DNA of 63,837 bases, counting the filler, from Diploschistes diacapsis (Eukaryota): the NCBI GenBank assembly GCA_023645945.1. It is 7 parts of 7 records of this genome, joined end to end, with 100 filler letters (N's around TTAATTAATTAA, not from the genome) between each part and the next. Parts side by side here need not be neighbours in the genome. Positions count along the whole stretch, not along the records: positions 9,156 to 18,210 come from JALAIB010001079.1; positions 18,311 to 27,361 come from JALAIB010001080.1; 5 more parts are not named here. One strand, 5' to 3'. Below are positions 10,524-23,100 of this stretch, in pieces. The position numbers were made by a program, and so were the translations under genes. Positions within the stretch are counted from its first letter, which is position 1, and the number at the start of each line of letters is the position of its first letter. Under the pieces are notes generated by a model. It worked only from the letters and a program-made list of their open reading frames with translations, did not search any database and was not told the origin of the DNA.

Positions 10524-12054
10524 TCAGCATAGAATTATTCCATTACATCCTGGCGCCCACTCAATTTCTTCATCCATCCCCCATGCTCGCTCCTGCCTGC
10601 AGTGCAAGGTACACTCCTCGCGCTTGAGTGGGAAACCAAATCTATTTGGCATCCAGCAGCGTATTTCTAGTCTGAGCATCAGCCCACTATCAACTGTACG
10701 GAATGTCAGTTCCTGCTTGGCTCCGAGAGTATACAGGGAGGAAAAGAGAGGCCAGTACCGGCGCTCGTCAATTATGGGCCCGAGAGCACGATTCCTGTTA
10801 AGGGTGGTGGAAGGGGTTCTGCGGTGTCTTGAGACAGCTGGCATTTTCTGAGAAGGTCATGGACTGCGCGGACTAGGTGTGAGAAATTGTATTCCGCATG
10901 CAGAGTGTGCAGGGACTGGAGGTACGGAGGGGAAAAATTTGTAAGACGGCGGTATATGGTGTCGTTGAAGGCAGGAAGGGTGCCAAGAAGAATTTCAACG
11001 AGTTCGATCCGAGACAAGTCGGGTCTGCAATCCTTACACGCTTCCGACACGTGAAGGAAGTGAAAGGAACCATTGAATGGAAATAAACGAGGTCAAATAA
11101 ATCATCGGAGGAAACGCCCGTAACTACGCACATAGCCAAGCCACAGGTTCTCTAGGTTCTTTCCGTGGATAAACCAGAGCGTCCCTAATGGCCTTGGAAC
11201 TGGGAACGCAATCAAAGAAATGACGTCCCCCAAGCTCATAAACGAAGGTTTTCAGGACTCGAGATGCGCTGAGAATGGCCCTCATATCCGCTATCGAAAG
11301 GCGGCTATCTTTAAACTCCATATGTGTGACTCCCGATGATCCCGGTTTCAATTTCAGCCAATCGTCGCTTGGGATACGGCCATCGTTATAGTAATGTTGC
11401 TGACCGCTAACGCGACGCATGGAAGGGGGTTGTAGGGACCATTCAACGTACTTGGGGCTCATTCGACCTTTGGCATCGTATATGTGTGCATGAAGTCCGT
11501 AAGATGTGGCAGGGCGAGGATCTGATGGAATGGCCTCTCTTCGTGTGATGTATATAAGAGATTCGTCAAGGTAGACGGTGATCTCCCTCAGCATTACGTC
11601 AAGTCTTTGTAATGACGGTAATGCAGAAATAAGCAAAGTCAGGAGAGCCTCTGCAGAATCCGGCCGGCCTAAATGAATGATCCCATTATTTGAGCCTTCT
11701 TCGCCGTGGCGCTATATTTTCTAGCGGCGTGTCTAAATTCACGGGAAGAATAGCTGATACCGGGGTCCTTCGTATAGTGAGATGCTGGACCATCTTCGCG
11801 AGATCCTCATGTACAAGAATTTCCCCGACCAGAAGCCGTAATCGAGGAAAGACATGTTCACCATCCCCGCCTCGGTCATCACACAGCTCAATATGTCTAT
11901 ACAAGACAGCTACCATTTTATTGTGTATGAGCTCAGTCCGGAGTATTTTTTGTCCTTGGGTGAGCTTCTCTTCCGCTGGGCCTCGGTAGTAGCCTCTCAA
12001 GGAAATCATTCGAAGCTGTTGGCAAACGGTTTGTATCTGAAGTGAAGATTCCAA
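10524..12054 (-). pseudogene. Frameshifted fungal F-box/LRR-like gene
   Basis: Consecutive minus-strand ORF pieces in different frames read like one protein (VLYRHIEL...LAKMVQHLTI; LLISALPSLQRLDV...LKTFVYELG; KNLENLWLGY; FTSFTC; ERAWGMDEEIEWAP), with no intron signals at the junctions examined. Confidence 0.55.
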
Positions 12055-13705
12055 GATGGAAACTGTAAGTAAGCTTCAGTAAGTTACATATAATGATGCA
12101 GGGCAAAAGGATTATTAGAGCCGTGATTTCGATGCGCGTCGACAGTCACGAGACCCTTTGTATTATTCATCAGCGGCGCGCTGTCGCCAAAGCACGTGCT
12201 CCTTGCGCACAGAGCTCTCAGTGCCTTGCGCACAGAGATTCCCATAGCTTTGAAATCAAGATAATTCCCCGTGAGAGATTAATTCCCCGTGAGAGATATA
12301 CACGTGACTCAATCAATCGCTGTGGGTAAATCGACGATGCATTCAGCGGCCAGTGAAGGTCGCGGGTAAAAGTGCCGATATGCGATGCATTGCACATTTG
12401 TTTGTTGGCTATACCAAGGTAAGTAAGTAGTCTGAGTTGGGGCTGGCAGCTGACAGCCCTTGTGTATGGTATGTCACCGGTACTCTGTAGCAGCGTGCTT
12501 GGATCAATACAATACCAATACCAATATCAATAATAACCAATATGAACAAAGCTAGTAGGTAAACTCGAACCGTACAAGTCAGTTTGCGATCAGCTGCTCC
12601 TCCCCTGCGGCGGGCACCCCCTCCCGTTCGGACCAGACGACCTTTTTCTTTTTACTGCCACCTCGATGGTGCCTCGCCTATCTCAATCGGCCGAGTAAGC
12701 GTCCACAGGCCGTCCCCTGCCATTGGTCATCAAGAGGTAACGTCAATTAGTATCTCAATGGTTCAAGAACCTTTCCTTTGCATTCCCGTACCTAAGTGAG
12801 ACAGGACCCCGTACGCGCGCAAACTTTAATCATAGAGCGATGTGTTTTTGTTGGCCGCTCAGATGAAACCAGAAGTCCGTGCGAAATAGAGCTTCATCGA
12901 CGATGAGATGGGGATGCCAAGGAAAAAATACTTATCACAAGCGAGGAGGGGCGAGTTCTGTGTGGTGCGCGTATCAGTATCTAATCCTTCCCAGCTCCCC
13001 TGCTGCAATTTTCTCTCGCCTATGCCCCTGCATTTTTTAGCAACAGAGCAGCTTGCACTTATTTTTCCGTCTTTGCTTAACTTCAGATTATTATCCGTGA
13101 ACTGTGGTTTTATGAAATGGGCCCCTGCAGCAAAAACATCCTGGATTTGGAGCGTAGATTACGTTTACGCAGGTTTGAGCTGCCGACATAAGGGTAGATG
13201 TATACGTCGGAGTTAAAATATAACTCGAATTCGGGGAAAGAATGTGATCCCTAATCGGAGCCAAGTTCCGGGGGGAAGGTAACATTAGCCTGAGCTAATG
13301 GACCAAATGAAAGATTAGATCTACAAAGGGGGTATCTACGACATGTGTTTGGTATGTTGATGTACGATCAAAATCTGCGATCAAATCTGCCATGTCTGTT
13401 GCAGGGCCTAAAACTATTGGGGGAGTTGACGGGGAGTATAAATTTGTTGCAGGATGGGTTGAGCAAGCCCAATCGAGAGATTTGGTATGGTCATCATCAA
13501 CCTTCTGCTGACTCCTCTTGGCCCACGCCAAGTCATACCCATCCATGCATTTCCCACTAGTTGTTGTCAAGGGGGTCGATCGTCGATCTGGGAAGGGAAG
13601 GATTGGGAAGGATTTGGGAAGGGAGTGAGTGAGTCACACTGACAGCCAATAGGGAGGGGTATATCCCATAGGGCTGACTTTTTTCTCATGGGGCCACCAA
13701 TGGGC

Positions 13706-13781
13706 TTCTACTCTTTTACTCTTTCTACTCTTCTACTCTTCTACTACTTACTCTGTACTCTCTCTGTACTGTACTGTACTG
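13706..13781. repeat. Degenerate TACTCT/TACTG microsatellite
   Basis: ttctactcttttactctttctactcttctactctt...gtactgtactgtactg. Confidence 0.7.
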
Positions 13782-15812
13782 CTCCTCCCTGCTAGCCTGC
13801 CGCTTTCCACGTTGACGGGTCGCCAAGAGACAGGTACCGATATGCTGACCTCGCAGCCAAATCCTGAGCGGGAGGTACAGCCCCATGGTAATAAATGTAT
13901 AAGTTGTATATAAATAAATTACCTGCAGTTTTTGTCAGATACGACAATACCTTCCCTTGCCACTAGCACCAACCCTCTTTACTGGGTTCTGAATCTGGTC
14001 CTCCTAAAGATGGCCCCAAAGTTGGAGAGATTGCTAGCCTACGGAGCGTTATCCCGCACAATCTTGGCATCTCCTCCAAAACTCTGCTGCCCCTGCCTAT
14101 CAGAGGGCTGCTGTCATCGGCAGCCAGTCCGGTGTTACCTTTCGAGCCCTTGTCAGAAGTATAGCGCTGACGGTATTGGCGTGGACCACTGCACAGGTAT
14201 CGCCGACTTCATGATGTCGCCATGGGAAATTGCATGACGGGGCTGGCAGCCACGCAGTGCCAGCCACAGGGTCCAGTCGGTAGAAGAGCGGCTGGGCTCT
14301 CCAGGACGTCAGCCAAATATACGGAGCTTATGGAGTTGCTTTATTCAATCTGATCCTCCAGTCGAATAATGGTAAAGGACACACACACTCTGCCCAATGC
14401 TGAACCCGTCCTGAAGCCTGAAGTCTGAAGGTCGGGTGTGAGATCACCATCTTAACAGATAGGGAGGGAAGGTAGGAGGAATCCACTCCCCTTGGCAAGG
14501 GGGTCGATCTTTCTTGGTGGTCATGTCATTATTCATAACTTGAACGGGGATCATCATGCGAGAGATTGTCGATCAAAGAATTGCATGTTGGAAGGTGGGA
14601 AATTTCCATGATGCGACCGTGCACCGGCCGAACTTTGTAATATTTAATTAAATATATTTCTGTAACTTAACACTTAACTAACCCCATTGTCACCTTTTTC
14701 GAAACAGTGTTTGTTTGATACAAATACAAAAGAAAAGCTTTAGCGGGGGCGACGGGCCAGTCGCCGGCCAATGGGTGGCTGCAAATATGAATATGTTGCT
14801 CGGCCCCTGAAACTGCGTCTGGTTTGTGCATATATTTATGCATAAAGGATAAAGGGGTTTTTTTTTTTTTGAAAAAGCCCCAGATCTGCCTATTCCACCG
14901 CCTAAAGTGCTTGGATCGAAAACTATGCTGGATTTTGCATTTGCTGGGTCATCATCCATGAGAGTTCCGAGTTCCTTTCTCTCGTCGAATTGTGAGAGCA
15001 AGCCGAGAGAATCCCATACCATATACCCCCAATCCTCCCTGTTCTCTCTCTCTCTTCCCCGTCCAATGCTCTTGGTTGGGTGGTAGCATGCTTCATCCTC
15101 TGGGCGCTTGTTCTTTATGGCAGTTTGTACGCTGCTCATTTCATCCTGTTTCTGCTTGACTCTGCCCTCGGCTCCGTCCAAGCCCGCCCTCCAGCCGGCC
15201 AGCTTACTTTTTTCCCCCCCCATAATAGTAATAACAAAGGTAATAGTTGTTTTTTCGTATAGTACGTGTAAACAGTAAAGTAGCGCTGCTGCACTGCACA
15301 TCTTTTTGCCCCGTTGTTCCTGTGCCTGCCTAACTGGCAACAACTTCTCCATCCGTAGACCCTGATGCACCTTGTACCTCCCCCCCCCCCCGTGTCCTGC
15401 TTCTTAAGCCCTTCCATTCCTACGTCTGAGATCTCTTTCCACTCCTCTTGCCCCTTGGCCTACCTGCATTTATCCAAGGTCCTCAATTTCAACTCCCTTC
15501 CCCTGAACATCGTTCTCGCACCTGCTCCCCCATCGCCAGTTGAGGGTACCCCAGCCGCACAAAGCACACACGAGAGGAACGGAGCAGCGTACCGCAAGGC
15601 TCTTTTGGACCCTGCAGTCTGACAGCACACGAGAGGAAGGCTCCGTTCGCAACAAACAGCCCAGAATCGGACTCCTTGGGCCTCCTACGGACAGAAAAGG
15701 TATTCAGCAGAGGTCCAGCAGTCGAAGAATTTTAATACGGGTTGCCAAAAAACCCGCTTGCACAGGATTAATCTTATTGCCGGCCGGCGGTAAATGCAAA
15801 AAATACCTGGTC

Positions 15813-17177
15813 ATGCTTGTTGTCAATGATGCATTTGGGAGGAAGGTCAGCCTTCTAAACGACACCGATGGCCCCCTCCCCAAATCCTCGCCTTCGCATC
15901 CCTCCACCCATCCGCAGACGCAGACGCGCTGCCTCTCTCGCACAAGCACTTTGAATTTCTCGCGCAAGAGCAGTTACTCCTCGCAGATGTCCAATTGCTC
16001 CGAATCATCCTACTCCACAACAAGCGACACTTACGATTTCCCCCTCTACTCCCCCGGCCCACCACCACGCCACAACAACACCACACGCCCAAGCCCAAGC
16101 CCAGCCCCGCAGCTCCTGCGCTTCGACTCAACCTCATCCCAGCAGAGCATCCAGACTCCTTCTCCCACCCTTTCCACCTACTACCAGATTGATCCGATGG
16201 ATCAGAGCAAGGCCTTTGTCGGAAATCTAAACGACCCTTACTTCCGTCACCCTGCTGCTGCTGGGCCCTACTTCACCACGCCCCAGCAGCCTCTCCCAGG
16301 CACATCGCAATCGCCCAGCCTGTTTCCACCGCTCGACGCCGCCCCGGCCTTTGCCCTGAACGACCCTTACCTTCCTCTTCAGCCACCGGTCCAGTTTGCA
16401 CCCTACGCAACCGACCTGATACCCACACCGCCGCTCAAGCTGGCCTCTCCTGCAGCCGCTGTCGCACCAGCCTCGTCGGCGCAGGACCAGAATGCTGCCA
16501 AGCCCGCGAAGAAGAAGTACCCTTGCCCCCACGCACAAAAATACAGCTGCGCCGACACCTTCACGACTTCGGGGCATGCCGCACGCCATGGCAAGAAGCA
16601 CACTGGCGAGAAAAATATCCGCTGTCCTGTTTGCGACAAGGCCTTTACCCGGAAAGACAACATGAAGCAGCACGAGCGCACTCACCGACACAACCGCGAC
16701 AGCGCCAACGCCGCCTCTCCCGCCGAGATCAAACGTTCCAAGGCGCTGTCGACCGAATCTACCGAGTCCACCGAGACTTCGGTCGACATGGACATGGACG
16801 GCATGAGCGACGACGGTCGAGCCACCATCAAGGCCAAGCCTCTCGGGCCTCGTCGCCCCGCCCTTTCCGTCACGCAGCAGCCCCTCAGTCCAACCTCCTT
16901 CCACGGTCGAGCCGATATCGTGATGCCCGTCACTCTCGACTCGAACGAGCAGCTGCAGCAGGTCGCTCCCGAACTCAAGCTCGAGCCGATCGGGAAGAAC
17001 TACACGGCGCTCGGTGATGCCTTCTCCATCAACAGATCGCAAGAGAATATCTTTGCCGTCAGCCGGCCTCCGATGCTCGACCGGACTGCCAGCGCCGGTA
17101 GCGGCTTCGGCAGCCAAGACGGCGAAGGCGAGTCTCCCGGCCTCGATGCCCTTGCCATGGCTGCCAGCATGAGCTAG
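15813..17177 (+). CDS. Nrg1-like two-finger C2H2 zinc-finger transcription factor
   Basis: CPHAQKYSCADTFTTSGHAARHGKKHTGEKNIRCPVCDKAFTRKDNMKQHERTH; C-terminal GLDALAMAAS; first in-frame ATG at 15813. Confidence 0.88.
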   Translation: MLVVNDAFGRKVSLLNDTDGPLPKSSPSHPSTHPQTQTRCLSRTSTLNFSRKSSYSSQMSNCSESSYSTTSDTYDFPLYSPGPPPRHNNTTRPSPSPAPQLLRFDSTSSQQSIQTPSPTLSTYYQIDPMDQSKAFVGNLNDPYFRHPAAAGPYFTTPQQPLPGTSQSPSLFPPLDAAPAFALNDPYLPLQPPVQFAPYATDLIPTPPLKLASPAAAVAPASSAQDQNAAKPAKKKYPCPHAQKYSCADTFTTSGHAARHGKKHTGEKNIRCPVCDKAFTRKDNMKQHERTHRHNRDSANAASPAEIKRSKALSTESTESTETSVDMDMDGMSDDGRATIKAKPLGPRRPALSVTQQPLSPTSFHGRADIVMPVTLDSNEQLQQVAPELKLEPIGKNYTALGDAFSINRSQENIFAVSRPPMLDRTASAGSGFGSQDGEGESPGLDALAMAASMS

Positions 17178-18210
17178 CTGTGTGACCTCATCGGCCCTTT
17201 TCTTCTTCTGGCCATCACGACTCGTTCGACTAGGTCCACGAATCGTGGTTGCCGTTTACGAAAAAAAGAATTACAGCATCTCAGCTTGTCTGTTTGGCGC
17301 TTGATGGAATTTGTGTGTGTGTGTGTGAGTCTGAGCGCGAGGCGTCCCTAGCTCGGGACTTGATACCCATTTCTGCTTTTGCTGCCTTTCTTTTCTATTG
17401 TACATATATACACTCTACGACACGAAAGCCGCCGTATCCACCCTCACCATGGTTTATTTTGACCCGGTTATCCACTTTGATGGTGTTATTGGCACGAGAA
17501 CGTACACGAACCTTGATGCAAGGTCAAGAACCTGAAGGCGGACCTTTTTGGCTAGCTGCACGGAAAGATGCTAATGATCCTGTCACCACCAGCAATACTT
17601 TGTGTCTTCTGAGACACCAATTTATAAATATGAAGATATTTTAAAGTCAAAACGTAGTACCGTGAATGCCAGTGATCAACATGAGAATCTATAAAAGCCA
17701 TTGGACCCTGGAGGGACTCGACGCCAACCCTCCCCTGGTACCTTGTACAAAATATGTTCATGTTCTTTGTACATCTCGACAAGCATGACTTTTGCCAGAC
17801 AATATCAACCATGAACGACAGAGCTCCAGGAAAATAGAAAAGCAGGCAGAGCCGAGCTCTCGCGTATTGTTCTTGCCCTTCAACAAACGGGAACTCTTCT
17901 CCCCATCTCTCTCGATCCATGCCAGCTTCAACAACCCAGATATACCTTCAACGCTGGGCTGCCTGCCACAATCGCACAAACCATCGACAGATTCCGTTCA
18001 TCACCAATCTCAATCCCGTCTACAACACCACCTACCACCGACCCGGATATACAGCTTTATTCTTACATCAAGCGCTCTCTCTACTTGCCTTCTGGTCTCC
18101 CGTGTCACCGATCTCTCAAAAACACTCTGCGTCGTTCCCCATCCTACACCATCCACAAGGCCTAGGAGCTCCTCCTCTATTCCCCCCCCCCACCCATTTA
18201 CCGACTTCAC

Positions 18211-18310
18211 NNNNNNNNNNNNNNNNNNNNNNNNNNNNNNNNNNNNNNNNNNNNTTAATTAATTAANNNNNNNNNNNNNNNNNNNNNNNNNNNNNNNNNN
18301 NNNNNNNNNN
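18211..18310. other. Artificial contig spacer
   Basis: N44-TTAATTAATTAA-N44. Confidence 0.97.
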
Positions 18311-19017
18311 GGGGGGTAGGAAGGGTGATCTTGTTCTTGTTGGGAGGATGAGGAGGAGATGTCGCTGTTGTCGATGCCGATGATGGGCACCATGCGGGTT
18401 TCGCGGTTGGGTTGGCCTTCGCTGGGGAAGCCGAAGTGGGGGGCGAGGGTCGGTATGCGGGCGATGGGCCAGTCGAGCTTGACGAGCTTGGTTTCGATCC
18501 TGGCGTCTGAGTTCTTCACGAAGACTCTCCCACCAATGCCGAGGTCGCGGTCCAGCCATGTCTGGTTCAAAGCGCCGGCGTACTGAGCCACGCCGAGCAG
18601 TTGGTAGCCCTCGTCGTTCGCCTTGAGCGAGACTGGCTTCAGCTTTGCGGCCAGGCTGTCCACGTGGCTGGCGATCATGGCGACGCCGTTGCCTGGTTTG
18701 TACTTTTCGCCAACAGTGAAAGCGATCAGACTACTCCCGTTTCGAGTGAAGAAGTATTTGCCACTAGCTTCCAGCTTGTCGCTCCATTCGTCTTTTTCTG
18801 ACAGCTTTGTGAAGCCTGCCGACTTCAGCTGGTCGCCAAAGTGTCCGATTGCATGGTATATTGTGGGATTATCGGTCATGAAGTGGATGAACGGCTTCGT
18901 GTACGACGCCGGGTCGAACTCCGAAGTCGCATTCGAGCTGGACATCAGCGAGCTCGAGGCCTCTGCAGCTACCCGCTGTGGCACTGAGCGATCTGGAACT
19001 GATGCTGCTTTCGTCAT
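18311..19017 (-). CDS. APE1: M18-family vacuolar aminopeptidase I (Ape1/Lap4-like), 3'-truncated at the contig end
   Basis: FMTDNPTIYHAI, GKYFFTRNGSSLIAF, IASHVDSL, TWLDRDLGIGGRV, ARIPTLAPHF. The start codon is uncertain. Confidence 0.85.
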
Positions 19018-20106
19018 TATGTTTGAGGTGGGAGCTGAAGCTGTAACGACAATACTTGAAGCTAGAAGAGGGTGTGAAAGAGGACAATGGGTACTTATGG
19101 AGCTCAACTGGAGCTTGAAGAGCATGAGAAGCATCACATGGGGGATAATGCGCCACATATAGCTCGTAAGGGTTAGGTTGTGGCACGAGTGAGAGTCAAG
19201 CCACATAATTCTCCCCTTTAGGAAGGTGGTAACGTCCGTCGGAGAGATCCCGCCATGTCATGTTTCTCTTGACCGCAAACACAAGCCACGCAACTACACC
19301 AAGAAGCTACATACTAGCCATCCATGGATTTCCTCCACGCTCCGTTCAGGTGAAGCTGCAGAATTCTTACCATTGCTTGATGGAGTTGAAAAAGAAGAAA
19401 TCTAGGGATTTACCACATCTTTGCTGCAAGCAAAGATTCAAGCTACACATCAAGGACGCTTTGACGCTTTAGCATCGGATTCACCTTATATCCGCGCATC
19501 TGGTCGATGAGATAAGATCAAGGTACAAATCTCGAGGGTTAAGCGCCTTAAAAGAATCCTGCAAAAGCACAGATTGACTCACCAGCTTTGTATGACTCGG
19601 TAATCTAAGGTAGGTGTTAGAGAAACCCCGCATACTCAGTCTTTCCTTGACAATACACAATAGGTTGGGGTTTGGTCAGACCGGCCGTTGCTCTCCACCG
19701 CTCCCATTTTGTCACCTCAACCAGTCCTCATCCTTTACTGACGTGTTTTTCTGCCTGCCTGAACACCGAGCAAGATCTTGACTCCAGAGAGGATCAAGGA
19801 TCCGAGAGGTCTACTAGTAGGTACTAGCTGCATATAGCTTACAACAGAGCTATTGGACACCCAAGTGATGCTACTTGATTTGTAACCAAAAGCTGCCTGT
19901 TTTTTCCTTTTAAAATTTCTTCGTCCATCGCTCTTGCATTGTTATCTTTTCCGCGTTCCTTTGTCTACATTCTGCTGCCGCATAGCGTGTTTCCTTCTTA
20001 TTGCGCTTTGCCAAAGTCTCTTCTGCATATGGATACTGCAACTAAGGTGCCCATGTGCAAATTAAGTACAGAGTCGCCAGGCGCAGTATCGTCTCGCCCG
20101 CACTCG

Positions 20107-23100
20107 ATGACTGAATCCTCACATATTGAGAAACATGTAGACGACATAGATCCTGAAAAAGAGCCCCACGGGTACTACCGTCCCTCCGGAGCACCCCGAG
20201 AAGACGACCCCAATGATGGGATCAGTGTCAAGCGCGCCGAAGCCGAGTTTGCTGAGTTGAGCAGAGAGCTTTCCAATTTTGATGAGAAGCATAGGAAATT
20301 GTCGCGGACTACGAGCCGCAAGACGAACGGAGAGATAGACATAGAAAAGACAGAGTCATCGCAAGAAGATGAGCCCTTCAATCTGGAAGAGGCACTCAGG
20401 GGCAACAGAGAAGCAGAGATGCAAGCCGGCATAAAACCAAAACAGATAGGAGTAGTGTGGGAGAACCTGACGGTGAAGGGGCTTGGTGGGGTAAAGACCA
20501 TTGTCCAAACGTTTCCTGACGCCTTCGTCTCCTTTTTCAACTTCCCGGGAAAGCTTATGAGACGGTTTGGCTTTGGTCCAAAGGGTGATGAAATCGACAT
20601 CTTGAAGCACTTCAAAGGCGTGGTGAAGCCAGGTGAGATGTGTCTGGTCCTCGGTAACCCGGGCGCTGGATGCACTAGTTTTCTCAAGGTCATCTCCAAC
20701 CAAAGGTTTGGATACACCAAAGTGGACGGCGAGGTTCTGTATGGCACATTTGATGCGGATACTTTTGCCAAAAACTATAGGGGCGAGGCCATTTACAACC
20801 AGGAGGACGATGTTCACGAAGCAACCCTGACAGTCGCTCAGACGCTCGGATTCGCGTTGGACGTAATGACACCCGGGAAGAGACCAGTAGGTATGGGGAA
20901 GAAGGAGTTCAAAGATAAGGTTGTCGATCTACTCCTGCAAATGTTTAATATTCAGCACACTCGAAACACCTTGGTCGGTAGTGCTTTTGTTCGTGGTATC
21001 TCCGGTGGCGAAAGAAAGCGTGTGTCTATCGCCGAAATGATGGTCTCTTCTGCCTGTGTGCTTGCTTGGGACAACTCTACGCGCGGTTTAGATGCATCAA
21101 CAGCTTCAGACTATGCGAAGTCTCTTCGAATCATTACCAATGTATACCAGACGACGACCTTTGTTTCATTATACCAAGCCAGCGAGACCATTTATTCTCA
21201 ATTCGATAAGGTGATGGTAATTGACTCCGGACGAGAGGTCTTCTTTGGCCCGGCCAAAGAAGCCAGGAAGTATTTCGAGGATCTTGGCTTCAAAGAGAAG
21301 CCACGGCAAACAACACCGGATTACGTCGTCGGGTGCACCAATCGGTTTGAACGAGAATACAAAGAAAACTACTCGCCAAAGAATGCGCCCTACGACTCCG
21401 ACAGCCTCGCAAGGGCTTTCCTTGAATCCGACCATGCTAAACGTCTTGACCAAGAGATGGCTGAGTACAAACTACGGATCAGCGATGAAAAGGGCGTGTA
21501 TGAAGACTTCCGGCTTGCTCATCGGGAAGCTAAGCGCAAGGGTGCATCTAAGTCTTCAGTCTATACAACATCACTTCTCTCGCAGATAGGCAACATCATG
21601 CGCCGTCAGACGCTTATTAAATGGCAAGATAAGTTTTCGCTGTACGTATCTTGGGCAACGTCGATATTTGTTGCGATTGTCCTCGGAACCGTCTGGCTGA
21701 AGCTACCGCAAACGAGCGAAGGCGCCTTTACGCGTGGGGGCCTTATTTTCATGGCCCTGCTGTTCAACGCGTTCCAGGCATTTGGTGAACTTGGAAGCAT
21801 TATGCTTGGGCGGCCCCTGGTCAGCAAGCACCGAGCTTTCACCTTCTACAGGCCGTCGGCTCTTTGGCTTGCACAGATTTTCGTTGATGGACTTTTTGCT
21901 GCTGCGAAGATTACCGTATTCGCTATCATAGTATACTTTATGTGCGGCTTGGTCTTGGAGCCAGGTGCTTTCTTCATCTTCGTTCTCATCGTCGTCACCG
22001 GATATCTCGTCATGACTGTTTTCTTTAGAACGGTCGGATGTCTGTGTCCAGACTTCGACGTTGCTCTGCGAGCTGCGATAGTCATAGTCACCTTCTTCGT
22101 GCTGACCAACGGCTACTTGATACAGTGGAACAACGAACAGGTCTGGCTTCGCTGGCTTTTCTATCTCAACGGACTTGGTTTGGGCTTCAGCGCCCTGATG
22201 GTAAACGAATTCAGTCGCATAGATCTGACTTGCACGTCCGAGAACCTCATTCCTTCTGGACCGGGCTACAATGATCTCAACCATCAAGTATGCACTTCAG
22301 CTGGGGGTACACCAGGCAAGCCCGTTATTTCAGGAAGCTCGTATATTTTGGATACATATCAGTACGCACAGGGAGACCTCTGGCGCAACTGGGGGATCAT
22401 GGTCGCTCTAATTGTGTTCTTCCTGAGTTTAAATGTCTGGTTTGGAGAAATCATTAATTGGGGAGCAGGTGGTCGGACAATCACAACATATTCAAAGGAA
22501 ACTGAAGAACTAAAGAAATTGAACGCAGAGATGCAGAAAAAGAAACAGAGCCGCCTGGAGCGCAGAGGCGATCAGGGATCGGAGTTGACAATAGCATCGA
22601 AAGCCGCATTGACATGGGAGAGCCTCAACTACGACGTGCCAGTCTCTGGGGGCCATCGTCGGCTTCTGAGCGATGTCTTTGGATACGTGAAGCCAGGCCA
22701 GCTGACAGCTCTGATGGGAGCCTCAGGTGCGGGCAAGACCACCCTTCTCGATGTACTTGCTGCGAGAAAGAATATTGGCATTATCAGTGGTGATATCCTG
22801 GTCGATGGAAAGCCTCCCGGCTCTTCTTTCCAGCGCGGCACCGCATATGCCGAGCAACTTGACGTCCACGAATCAACTGCAACAGTTCGCGAAGCACTCC
22901 GTTTTTCTGCAGACCTTCGGCAACCGTTTTCGACTTCTCGGCAGGAGAAGTACGCATACGTCGAAGAAGTAATCTCACTGCTTGAAATGGAGGATATTGC
23001 GGATGCAGTCATCGGAGTCCCCGAAGCTGGTCTTGCCGTGGAGCAACGGAAAAGAGTCACGATTGGAGTTGAGCTGGCATCGAAACCGGAGCTCTTGCTT

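Noticed and set aside
16227..17117. Long antisense ORFs (296 aa here; also 26316..27242 and 30068..30769)
   Set aside because: These are shadows of GC-rich or low-complexity sense genes and have no independent motifs.
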